In this document: positions 10,339 through 19,549 of the stretch, piece after piece
How positions within the stretch are numbered: the first letter of the stretch is position 1
Layout of the letters: each line of letters starts with the position of its first letter
Source: an uncultured Chthonomonadaceae bacterium
GTDB lineage: Bacteria; Armatimonadota; Chthonomonadetes; Chthonomonadales; Chthonomonadaceae
Direction: 5' to 3'
Length of the DNA: 64,000 bases
Assembly (NCBI GenBank): GCA_963817895.1
Contig: CAWFQB010000014.1
Coordinates: 640,001-704,000, forward strand
Translations under genes and position numbers: made by a program
Notes under the pieces: generated by a model
What the model was told of the DNA's origin: nothing
The model's input: only the letters and a program-made list of their open reading frames with translations
The model's database searches: none

Positions 10339-11445
10339 TCAAGGAGATGGGGAGGAGGAGGGATGTTGCAACACATTTTCGACTGCCTGCGCTACTTCCG
10401 CCGCCTGAATCTGGCGCAGACATTCGCTGTTTTTGCGGCATAGGTAGAAGGTACATTCCGGGCAGGCAGCAACTTTGCGCAGTATGGTGTTGCCGGGAAC
10501 GTGTCCCGGCCCCGTTTGCGCGGGATTTGTCGGGCCGAACAGGGCAACTACGGGCGTACCAACAGCGCAGGCAAGGTGCATCGGGCCGGTATCTCCCGTG
10601 ACAAGAACGCGGCAGGATTTCAGCAGGGCTGCCAGTTGCAGAATACTCAGTTTTCCGGTCAGCGTGATGGGTTGGGTGTTCATGCCCGCGCGGATTTCGT
10701 TCGCCAGAGTTTCGTCGCCCGGTCCGCCGAGCAGAATCAGGCGCGTGTTGGGCAGGGGCGACAGCAGGTTGCCCAATTCCGTAAAGCGTTCGGCAGGCCA
10801 GAATTTCCCGGCCATAGACGCGCTGGGATTCAGGGCAATCAGGGTCGCGCCAGACGCAACGCCTTCCGCTTGCAGCAGTCGCGCCACGAATTCAGTGTCT
10901 GCCTGAGAAGGAAACACTTCGGTACGCGCGTCCGAAACATCGCCGCCCAATCGCGCGATCACGTTGCGGTAGTTGTCAAGGGTTTCGTGACCGTTCGGGT
11001 CCCACGCGACCAGAACGGTCAGGCAATCGGCAAACCTCGCCTTGCGCACAATCCCGATGCGTCGGGGGGTTCCGCTCAGGCGCAGAAACAGGCGCAGGTC
11101 GGGGCTGTCGTACAGCACAATCCCCATATCAAAGCGATGTTTGCGCAGCCAGAACACGTATTTCGCTTTGCCGCCAATCCCCTGATGCGCGGGCCGCTTC
11201 ACAACTTTATCTACATACGGGCAATTTTCAAGGACGCAGGCGGCGCGTTCGCCCACGTCAACGGTGATATGGGCGCGCGGATACAGGCGGCGCAGACTGC
11301 GCAGGGCGGGAATAGTGTTGACCAGATCGCCGATATGCTCTTTGGCGATTACGACAATGGAACGGGGCGCGTCTTCATCCTTTCGTTCCGAAACGTCGTT
11401 GCTGTTGGTGTTAGGATTAGAGGATTTGGAAGGCGTGTTCATCAC
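10339..11445 (-). CDS. Glycosyltransferase family 9 (heptosyltransferase-like)
   Basis: HIGDLV, KFWPAERF, DTGPMHLACAVGTPVVALFGPT. Confidence 0.9.
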   Translation of the reverse strand: MMNTPSKSSNPNTNSNDVSERKDEDAPRSIVVIAKEHIGDLVNTIPALRSLRRLYPRAHITVDVGERAACVLENCPYVDKVVKRPAHQGIGGKAKYVFWLRKHRFDMGIVLYDSPDLRLFLRLSGTPRRIGIVRKARFADCLTVLVAWDPNGHETLDNYRNVIARLGGDVSDARTEVFPSQADTEFVARLLQAEGVASGATLIALNPSASMAGKFWPAERFTELGNLLSPLPNTRLILLGGPGDETLANEIRAGMNTQPITLTGKLSILQLAALLKSCRVLVTGDTGPMHLACAVGTPVVALFGPTNPAQTGPGHVPGNTILRKVAACPECTFYLCRKNSECLRQIQAAEVAQAVENVLQHPSSSPSP

Positions 11446-12545
11446 GAGACACTTACCTCGGTAACAGAGGTTTCAATAGCCGGTTTGCGCGTCACGTTGG
11501 AGGTGGAAGCCAATAAGTCCAGCGCGGCGGCAACAACCTGCGCGACCGTGATACTCTCCACGCAGGCATTTGCTGTTTTCGTACATTTGCGCTCACATCC
11601 GGCACAGCGAAAGGACGGGCCGAGCAATCGCTGCTGCGCTTCGGGCTGCCAGGGACGCCAGCGAACGCGCTGATCCCAATGCTTGCTATAGGGAAACAGA
11701 GTGACGTTGGGCGTGTCCATCGCGGCGGCGAGATGGGATGTGCCGGTATCTATGCTGATGTGCAGACGACAGCGCTGCAAAATGGCGGCAAGGCGGGGAA
11801 CCGATGTTTTCCCGGTCAAATCTACGCAGGCCGACCCGATGATGGCGCGAAAGTCGTTTTTCATTTCGGTATCGCCGGTTCGCCCGATAATCAGGATACG
11901 CGCATGGGTTTCGGCAGCAAGGCGCTTTCCCACTTCGGCAAACCGTTCGGCGGGCCAGGGCCGGGAACTGCCCGCGTAGCCCGGATTGATGGCAATCAGG
12001 GTTTCGCCCTTGCCGATGCCGTGTTCGCGCAACAGGGCGTCTGCCTGCGCCTGATCCTGCGGGGAAATGGGAAAGCATATCCGCGTATCGGTCGCGTTGA
12101 TTTCCAACGGACGCAGTTGTTCCAGATTGTACTCGATCTCGTGACGGTCGGGAACTTCGCGATTGTCGCCCGTATTGTGAGTAATCAGGAATTTCACGTA
12201 GCGTTTGGAACCGGCGATCCGCATGGGAATGCCCGCCAGCCAGAACATCCAGACGAAATTAGCGCGGCGACCGCGATAAATCGCCACATCGAAACGGCGT
12301 TTGCGCAACTCGCGAACCACGCCCTCCATTCCCCGCCGCCCGGGTTGATCGTCGGGATTGCACCAGATAATTTCATCCACGAGCGGATGCCCGGTGAGCC
12401 ATTCGCCGGGATCGGGGCGGCGCAGCAGCAGCGCGATATGGCAGCCGGGAAAATGGGCGCGCAAGGCGGCGAGCGTGGGAACGCTCATCAGGAAATCACC
12501 CACTTTGGAGTCGGGAATACACACAAGAAAACGTTTCATGGGCAA
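11442..12545 (-). CDS. Glycosyltransferase family 9
   Basis: KVGDFL, RPWPAERF, DTGTSHLAAAMDTP; 4-bp overlap with the next GT9. Confidence 0.88.
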   Translation of the reverse strand: MPMKRFLVCIPDSKVGDFLMSVPTLAALRAHFPGCHIALLLRRPDPGEWLTGHPLVDEIIWCNPDDQPGRRGMEGVVRELRKRRFDVAIYRGRRANFVWMFWLAGIPMRIAGSKRYVKFLITHNTGDNREVPDRHEIEYNLEQLRPLEINATDTRICFPISPQDQAQADALLREHGIGKGETLIAINPGYAGSSRPWPAERFAEVGKRLAAETHARILIIGRTGDTEMKNDFRAIIGSACVDLTGKTSVPRLAAILQRCRLHISIDTGTSHLAAAMDTPNVTLFPYSKHWDQRVRWRPWQPEAQQRLLGPSFRCAGCERKCTKTANACVESITVAQVVAAALDLLASTSNVTRKPAIETSVTEVSVS

Positions 12546-12660
12546 TTAGGAAGCAGGCGTTGAAATCATCGGCGGTATTGGTATTGTTGGTATAGTTTAC
12601 CACGCAGCCGCCCGTTCCCGTTCAGAGGCACACAACACAGCAACGATTTCAAGGAATTGG

Positions 12661-12690
12661 TTGACGGAAAGGAGTGGAGAGGGTTATAAT
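12661..12690 (+). promoter_or_regulatory. Sigma70 promoter of tRNA-Leu
   Basis: TTGACG (12661-12666), 18 bp, TATAAT (12685-12690), 11 bp upstream of the tRNA. Confidence 0.8.
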
Positions 12691-12701
12691 AAGGAGTGCG
12701 C

Positions 12702-13020
12702 GCGGGGGTGGCGTAATGGCAGCCGCACAGGTCTTATAGAAATTGAGTGCTTGAACTGAAAAGTTCAATGTAGAAGTTTCCAAATTCGGTGAACCCTTCG
12801 TTATTCTGTAACATGGCAATACCGAGCCAAGCCTGACAGAAAGGTAAATATCTGTCAGGAAGGTGTAGAGGCCAGATGGAAACCTCCTAAAATCTTGCTA
12901 ATTTTTGCAGGACATGGAGAAGATATGGTCCAGACCACAAACCATAGTGGGCAGTGAAAACTGTAGTGGTAAGAAAAACCTGAGTCGAAAGACGTACGGG
13001 TTCGAGTCCCGTTCCCCGCA
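12702..13020 (+). tRNA. trnL: tRNA-Leu(UAA) interrupted by a group I intron; exons 12702-12735 and 12974-13020; CCA not encoded
   Basis: Acceptor GCGGGGG/TCCCCGC-A; D arm GCG..CGC; spliced anticodon arm CAGGT-CTTAAAA-ACCTG; variable arm GTC-GAAA-GAC; T arm ACGGG-TTCGAGT-CCCGT. Confidence 0.93.
12736..12973 (+). ncRNA. Group I self-splicing intron (IC3-like), 238 nt, no ORF
   Basis: Follows U, ends in G; IGS-like TTGAG; P2 TTGAACT-GAAA-AGTTCAA; P3 GTTTCC/GGAAAC; P4 TTCGGT/ACCGAG; P6 CCTGACAGA/TCTGTCAGG; P7 GGCCA/TGGTC; P9 GCAGT-GAAA-ACTGT. Confidence 0.9.
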
Positions 13021-13023
13021 TCC

Positions 13024-13054
13024 GAGGCCGTCCCACAAGGAACGGCCTCTTTTT
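13024..13054 (+). terminator. Intrinsic terminator after the tRNA
   Basis: GAGGCCGT/ACGGCCTC stem followed by T5. Confidence 0.8.
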
Positions 13055-13157
13055 ATTTTGTTACGACTCGGTTCTAACTCCGGTTCTTGCCTGTAAAATG
13101 CGATGTTGCCAAGATACTACATGAAGGGCTAATGCGATAGCGTTGCGCATCGCCAAA

Positions 13158-13355
13158 GGCTTGTACCCTCACCCCCGGCCCTTCTCCCTGATTCCCTCTC
13201 TGCGTTCGGAGGGAGAAGGGAGCGAGTGTGGAAGCCTTGCTTGTTGACTGTACAACGTTACTGTTACGAGATAAAGTGAGCAGTTTCGCTCCCTTCTCCC
13301 TGATCGTCCGCTGCGGACGAATCAGGGAGAAGGGCCGGGGTTGAGGGTACAAGCC
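13158..13355. repeat. Cruciform MITE-like element (CCCTCACCCC...CCCTTCTCCC family)
   Basis: 36-bp terminal IR with one mismatch (13158-13193 / 13320-13355) plus inner GGGAGAAGGG/CCCTTCTCCC pairs. Confidence 0.75.
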
Positions 13356-13395
13356 CCCGCTTCGCAGAGATGTGTAGATTTAGGTCTTTTCGTCG

Positions 13396-14572
13396 CTATT
13401 TTGCCGGGGCAGTCCAACTGAACACGCGCTTAGAGTCGTCGGCGTAGGGCAGTTCGTTGAATTTGCGTGTGGTGTGCTTGTGGAAGAATTGGAGGTCGGC
13501 GAAACCCAGCAGGGTTTGCCAGTCCCAGAGCGTCTGCGCGTGTTCGCCGGGACGGTAGGCGATGCCGATTTTATCGCCCGCGCCCAGATAGTCAAACACC
13601 ACTTTCGCCGCCTGATACGTCGCCTGCGCCCCCTGCGGATTGGCCCACATATCGCCCAATGCCTGCGTTTCCAGCAGGGCGCGGGGCGCGATTAGCGCTT
13701 TCATGCTGTGCTGATCGAACGGCAGTTGCTCCTCATGTCCGATGAATTCCGTCAAGCGGGGCGAAAACCAGTAGGGGAAAGTTCTTCGTGATGATGGGGC
13801 ACGGTTTCCCCGGAATAGATCAGGCGCGTACAGCCGGTTCCCATGCAGCCCGCGTCGTTGGGCGCGGTCAGGGCAATGCGCTCATCCAATGCGCCCGCCA
13901 GAAGTACCGCTTTGCCGCCCCGCGAATGTCCCGTCGCCGCAATGTGTTTTGTGTCCACATTGGACAGCGTGTGCAGGTAATCCACCACGCGCTCGAAAGC
14001 CCCACGCCCACCCCGCCACCGCGCCGAACTCGCCATTGGGATACGCATCGTACAACCCGCCCGTATGAACGTTCTTATCCGCTACAATTTCAGTACGGTC
14101 AAATTCCGCCAGAATGTAGCCGTGTTTTACCACATCCGCCACAATCTCCGGCGACACCTTGCCCCAACATAAATCGCCCACAATAATCGCGGGAAACCGC
14201 CTGTCGCCATCGGGAACAGTCAGCATCAGATGCGTCTGAACTTTCCCTTCCGGCCCCATGCGCAGCAGCAATTTCTTTTCGGTCGCGCCAAGCGCAGGGT
14301 TATGGCTTGATTCCAGTTCCTCGGCATGAACCGTTCCCCCACCCGGCGGCATCACGCCATACCATAATGCTGCGCCAGCGTTTTTAGTTCGTTCCGTCGC
14401 CGCGCCCAATCCTTTTTGCTTGACAACCCGCGTTCCATCCATAAACAGAAACGGGTCGGGCAATTCCTTCACAACCGGCAATTGCTCCACAGAAGGAAGT
14501 TCCGGCTGTTGCCGCCGGAATCGCCATGCCCATTGTCAACAAAGCCCCAAGCAGAAGCGTCAAAGTTATCAT
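13396..14572 (-). CDS. CE15/glucuronoyl esterase-like exported hydrolase (split by several frameshifts)
   Basis: Fragments join into signal peptide, LPDPFLF.DG, GAVAGWAWG, GHSRGGKA (GxSRxGK), PFDQH, D.WANP.G, RPGEH. Confidence 0.75.
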
Positions 14573-14592
14573 CAGCGTATTTCCTTCTAAAG

Positions 14593-14762
14593 CACCTCAC
14601 CCCAACCCCTCTCCTTGCCGCGCAACGCGCTAGGAGAGGGGCTTTTCATGCTCTAAGCCACACTGAAACTCAAGGATTTAAATTGAAAGCGCGGCCAGGA
14701 GAGAACAAAATAGCCCCTCTCCTAGCGCGTTGCGCGGCAAGGAGAGGGGTTGGGGTGAGGTG
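14593..14762. repeat. Cruciform MITE-like element with perfect 51-bp inverted arms
   Basis: 14593-14643 is the exact reverse complement of 14712-14762; each arm is itself a hairpin; related solo arm at 50129-50176. Confidence 0.85.
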
Positions 14763-14773
14763 AGGTAGAAAAC

Positions 14774-15522
14774 CTACGGCAGTTCGCTCGGCGCGTTGGG
14801 GTTGATGACCGGGAACTCGCCCTGCGCGCCTGCCGCCGCGGGGCAGCGGATTTTGGCGAGCGGAATGTACTTGGCATGACCGTCCGCGTATACAAACTGC
14901 GACCCGTTATGACGCGGCTTGGGATTGCCATTGGTTTTGTTCGCCAGGGCCACACGAGCCAGATAGTTGGTGTCAAAGCCAGTCGTGCCGCCTGTACCGC
15001 CATTATCCCAATCGTTGTAGATGCCTGCGAAGTTGCTTTCGCCAATGATGGCGATTTTGGCTACGCCATAAGTGCTGCCTGCCAATGCCGCTAATTTGGA
15101 ATTGCCACGCCCATTGTCCATGACGTACTCGCTGTAACCATAGCTCATGTTAAACTGCGGATACGTCGCGTTGTTGGCGGCTCCGGCAAAGTTGTCGTTT
15201 GCGCTGGGACATTATAAATCTGGACGTTCTTCAGGTACGGCTGCCAGAAGAAGAAAGCATAGGACCAGCCGTAATTGTTCCATTCAGGCGTTCCCCACAG
15301 GCCAAGCGGGGAATTGTTGAATGTCCATGCGGCCATGCGCTCATCGTAGTCCTGCGCGTACATCTGCGTGGCAGTGCCGATCTGCTTGAGGTTACTCAAA
15401 CAGGAGGCTTGACGGGCTTTTTCGCGGGCTTGCGCGAAGACGGGGAACAGGATGGCGGCCAGAATCGCGATGATGGCGATGACGACGAGCAACTCAATCA
15501 GGGTAAAACCTTTTCGCTTCAT
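14774..15522 (-). CDS. Prepilin-type N-terminal cleavage / DUF1559 / H-X9-DG protein (frameshift near 15200)
   Basis: [44 protein letters not shown]-terminal [15 protein letters not shown]. Confidence 0.88.
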
Positions 15523-15882
15523 TACGGGGCTTCTCCTCTGCTATTGCAGAACTATGAAAATGATAAGAAGGGCATACTTCACCTACAATCCTAACACAAT
15601 TAAAAGCGCCTGTCAACATTCATTTCCGAATCATTGGCAAATTAATCTACTTTTGGCAGCAATAGTCGCTTTTCTGGCACATAACGCCGGATCGGGCGTC
15701 AAACACAGGCAGGCAGGATTGTGTTCCGAACCAACCTGTTGTGCCTTTACGCGCAGGAAATCCCCACATTCACATCGAATGATACGGGTGTCACACCGCA
15801 ATGCCTTCTCTGCAAAGGATATTCGCCTTGCAAGCGACAACATCCTGCTTAATTCAACAACTCGAAAGGAAATTTTTTTAAC

Positions 15883-16655
15883 ATGAACGAAACGATAAGC
15901 CGCCGCGCTCTGATTGGCGGAGGATTGGCGCTGGCCGGAGGATTGCTGGCCGGGGAGAGCGCGAACGCCGCGCCCAAAAGCAAGGGCAAAGTGGTCGTCT
16001 GGTCGGAGGGAACCGCGCCGAAAAACGTGTACCCCGACGATGTCAACACAGCCATTGCCGAAGGCTTGAAGCCGCTCAAAGGGCTGGGACGTCGCGACCG
16101 CTAACCTGAAAGACCCGGATCAGGGCCTGCCCGACGATCGTGCTGAACAGCGCGAGTGTCCTGATCTGGTGGGGCCATCAGAAGCACGGCGACGTGAAGG
16201 ATGAACTGGTGCAGCAGATCGTCAAGCGCGTCAAAGAGGACGGCATGGGCTTCATCGCCACCCACTCCGCGCACTATTCCAAGCCGCTCAAAGCCATTTT
16301 AGGCACGAACTGCGGCTGGAAATACTACATTGACGACGGCGCGCCCGTGGAACTGATTGTGAAAGCGCCCAAGCATCCGATTGCCAAAGGCGTCAAGAAC
16401 TTCACGGTTCCCAAAACCGAGCGCTACGGCGATCCGTTCGAGGTTCCCACGCCCGATACGCTGATTTTTGACGGCGTGTACACCCTCAAAGACGGCAAAA
16501 TGGAGAACGCGCAGCAGGGCATGGTCTGGAAGGTCGGCAAGGGCCGCGTCTTCTACTTCCAGCCCGGCCACGAAGCCTACCCCATCTACTTCATGGACGA
16601 GATACGCCAGATTTTCCGCAACGGCGTCCAGTGGTGCGGAGGGAAAGGGAAGTAG
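15883..16655 (+). CDS. Tat-exported ThuA (trehalose utilisation)-like domain protein (frameshifts near 16080-16140)
   Basis: ISRRALIGGG signal; VVVWSE; LIWWGH..H; HSAHYSK; GRVFYFQPGHE.YP. Confidence 0.8.
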
Positions 16656-16658
16656 GGC

Positions 16659-16754
16659 GTTAGGTTGTCAGGGTTTTATGTGATTGGTTGCCCTGTCACC
16701 ATAAAAACATAAAACCTTGAAACCTAACAACTAACAACCTAACAACCTAACAAC
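16659..16754. repeat. Heptamer dyad (GTTAGGTT.. / CCTAACAA..) between convergent genes
   Basis: GTTAGGTTGTCAGG left arm, (CCTAACAA)n right arm, inner GGTTTTATG/CATAAAACC. Confidence 0.7.
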
Positions 16755-18421
16755 TACTGTCGTTCCCACTCCCAACTCACTTTCAAACGCGATCGTGCCG
16801 CCGTGCGCTTCCACAATGCTGCGGCAGATGGACAATCCCAATCCCGTGCCGCCGGTGGGTCGGGTGCGGGACTCGTCCACGCGGTAAAAGCGCTTGCCGA
16901 GATGCGGCAGATGCTCCGGGGCGATGCCGCTGCCAGTATCGCGGACAGTGACAACAACATGCCCTGTCTATGCTGCGGGCGGTCACGCGGATTTGGCCGT
17001 CCGGGGGCGTGTAGCGGATGGCGTTGTCCAGCAGGTTGCGGAACAGGCGGGCCAGTTCCGCCTGATTGCCCGCAACCGTCAGCGTTTCCGGCTCCACATT
17101 CATGTCAATGGGCGCGCGGTTGTCTTGTAACGCCTGCTCCCGCGCGGTTTCCAGAATTTCCGCCTACCAACAGTTCTCGCCGATCCTGCCCCATTTGTCC
17201 CTCGTCTGAACGGGCCAGCAGCAGCAAATCCTGCACCAGATTCGACATGGAATCCGCCGCCTCATCAATTTCGTGGAACGCGCGGCGCGAGCGCTCATCT
17301 GTCGTGTCGCGTCCCAACGCCAGTCCGGCGCGGCCTTTGATAATCGTAAGCGGCGTTTTCAGTTCGTGGGAAGCGTCGGCAGTGAATCGCTGCTGCAATT
17401 CCAGCAATTGCTGCTGCTCTTGAAACGCGCTATCCAGCCGTCCCAACATGCCGTTAAACGTGTCGGCAAGTTCGGCAAATTCGTCGCTGCCGACAACGGG
17501 CAAACGTCGCGAAAAGCCACCCGAACCGGGTTCCGTTCCGATGCGCCCCGCCGCCTGCGTCATCCACTGAACGCGGCTGCAAAACGCGATTGGTCAGCGC
17601 CGACCCCATCCACCCCGCCCCAAGCAGGCCGACGGGGATAAGCAGCAGCAGCACGGTATCAATGCCGGACAAAGCCCAGTACACTTCCCGCAGCGGATAC
17701 GCGCTTTGTACGGCTCCCTTTTCGCCGCGAATATTGAACGCGGGCGCGGAAATCACCCGAACCGGCTCCTCATCAACCATGACGGTATTCCAAACAGTTT
17801 TATTTTGCAGGGCGGCGACCAATCCCGCTTTATCCCAGACCGGGCGCGTTTCCGCGTCCCTGTCGGATTCCGATAGCCCTTTACTATTGAACTGGTGTGG
17901 ACGAAATTCGCTGTTCTCTATGGGCGGTCCGGGACCATGTTTCCCGCCATGAAAACCTCCGGGCGGCGGCCCGAAGTGATGATCTCCAGGGCCGTGTTCT
18001 TTCGGAGGCAGTTTTCCCGGCGAATGTTCTTCCCGGTCATGGAAATCGGGGCCATGTTCGTGTCCCTCTCCGTTCCTTCGCTCGGGTCCTAAGGTTCCGG
18101 CCTGTCGCCCGATTTCCCATCCGGCGGTCCGGGCGGGCGCCCATGCTTGCGCGGCGGGTGTATGTACATGCCGATACTGTTTTCCAGATCATGGTCTATG
18201 GACTGCATCAGAAACTTCTCAATGGCGTAGCGGCACACCACGCCCAGTCCGCCGACCAGCAGCGACAGCGCGACAATATTCCAGACAATCAGATGCGTTC
18301 GCAGCGAACCAAGCGAACGTTTCCAGCGGAGTGGCAATTTTGCCGTCCACCGCCCCACGTTCCGCTCTTCCTCCTCATGCTCCATAACCGTTTTTTCAGC
18401 GTTATCCACAGTTTTCACCAT
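16754..18421 (-). CDS. HAMP sensor histidine kinase (several frameshifts)
   Basis: Two TM, HAMP ([14 protein letters not shown]), H-box [14 protein letters not shown]-box [17 protein letters not shown] and GGTGLGL boxes across frames. Confidence 0.85.
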
Positions 18422-18423
18422 GC

Positions 18424-18527
18424 TCAGGTGTCAGGTGTCAGGTGTCAGGGAATTGTACTGTTACTTCTCTGCTACGCCGAAAAAGCACAAGCAGCAGAGC
18501 ATTTCCTGACACCTGACACCTGACACC
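18424..18527. repeat. Heptamer dyad (TCAGGTG)n / (CACCTGA)n between regulator stop and kinase start
   Basis: Arms 18424-18449 and 18505-18527. Confidence 0.85.
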
Positions 18528-18529
18528 TT

Positions 18530-19204
18530 TCATCCTTCCGGCATCCGCAGCATATACCCCACTCCATGCACTGTTTGTATCAGCTTGACGGGATGGTTCG
18601 CGTCCAGTTTCTTGCGCAGGGTTCCGATGTACACATTGACCGTATTTTCTACCGCGTCCTCATTCATCCAGATGCGCTCCTGAATGGCTTCCCGCGTCAG
18701 CACCTTGCCCTCGTTGGCGGCAAGCGCTTCCAGCAGGTCGTACTCGCGGTTGCTCAGTCCGATTTCCACGCCTGCGCGCGTGACCCGGCGTTGCGCCGTA
18801 TCAATCGTCAGGTCGGCGACGCGAATCACGCGGGTACGGTTTACCTTATCGCGGCGAATCAGGGCGCGGACGCGGGCCATCAGTTCCTGAAAATCAAACG
18901 GTTTGGGCAAATAGTCGTCGGCTCCCGTATCCAGTCCGCGCACTTTATCTTTGACGGTATCGCGGGCGGTCAGCATCAGAATGGGAACCCGGTTGCGCCG
19001 CATCCGCAGCTCCTCGCACACGCTGTACCCGTCCCGGCGCGGCAGCATCACATCCAGCACGATGAGATGATAGGTCTGCTCCTGCGCCATCTCCAGCCCG
19101 GTCTGTCCATCCCGCGCCACATCCACGCTGTAGTTCGCATCCTCCAGCCCCTCGCGAATCATGGCGGCAATGCCGGCCTCATCTTCAATTAAGAGAATCC
19201 GCAT
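18530..19204 (-). CDS. OmpR/PhoB-family response regulator (CusR/CzcR-like)
   Basis: MRILLIEDE, LDVMLP, MLTARD, GADDYLPKPF, winged helix IQTVHGVGY. Confidence 0.93.
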   Translation of the reverse strand: MRILLIEDEAGIAAMIREGLEDANYSVDVARDGQTGLEMAQEQTYHLIVLDVMLPRRDGYSVCEELRMRRNRVPILMLTARDTVKDKVRGLDTGADDYLPKPFDFQELMARVRALIRRDKVNRTRVIRVADLTIDTAQRRVTRAGVEIGLSNREYDLLEALAANEGKVLTREAIQERIWMNEDAVENTVNVYIGTLRKKLDANHPVKLIQTVHGVGYMLRMPEG

Positions 19205-19253
19205 TTTTGTTACTCCTCTGTCTTTCGCTTACGAAGGCAACCCCGATATGGTT

Positions 19254-19286
19254 AAGATACGGCTTAAATATAAAATCCAGATAAAG
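19254..19286 (-). promoter_or_regulatory. Putative regulator box plus -10 of the two-component operon
   Basis: Minus strand CTTTAT-ctgga-TTTTAT-N10-TATCTT. Confidence 0.65.
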
Positions 19287-19376
19287 GCAGGAACAGGAGT
19301 GAGTTTCCAACAGCTTAGAAGGCCACGCAACAAAGTTATCACAATTTCCTAAAAAATTCATAAAAATCGGGCAAAA

Positions 19377-19409
19377 TTTTAATTGGTTTTCATGTTCCCT
19401 GTGTATACT
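19377..19409 (+). promoter_or_regulatory. Putative regulator box plus -10 of the di-heme gene
   Basis: TTTTAA-ttggt-TTTCAT-N10-TATACT. Confidence 0.65.
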
Positions 19410-19549
19410 CTCCCCGTTCGGAACCCTTCCCTGCGTCGCTTTTCGGAGGACGCCACAACAGGCGTGAATTGCTCGTTCGTATATGAACTTCTACATTGTG
19501 GAAGTTGCTTGCGCGACAAGCGTATTCGCCGCCTTTCAGGAGACTGTTC

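Noticed and set aside
12736..12973. Homing endonuclease in the intron
   Set aside because: The intron is only 238 nt and is accounted for by core helices; ORF 12905-13096 is spurious
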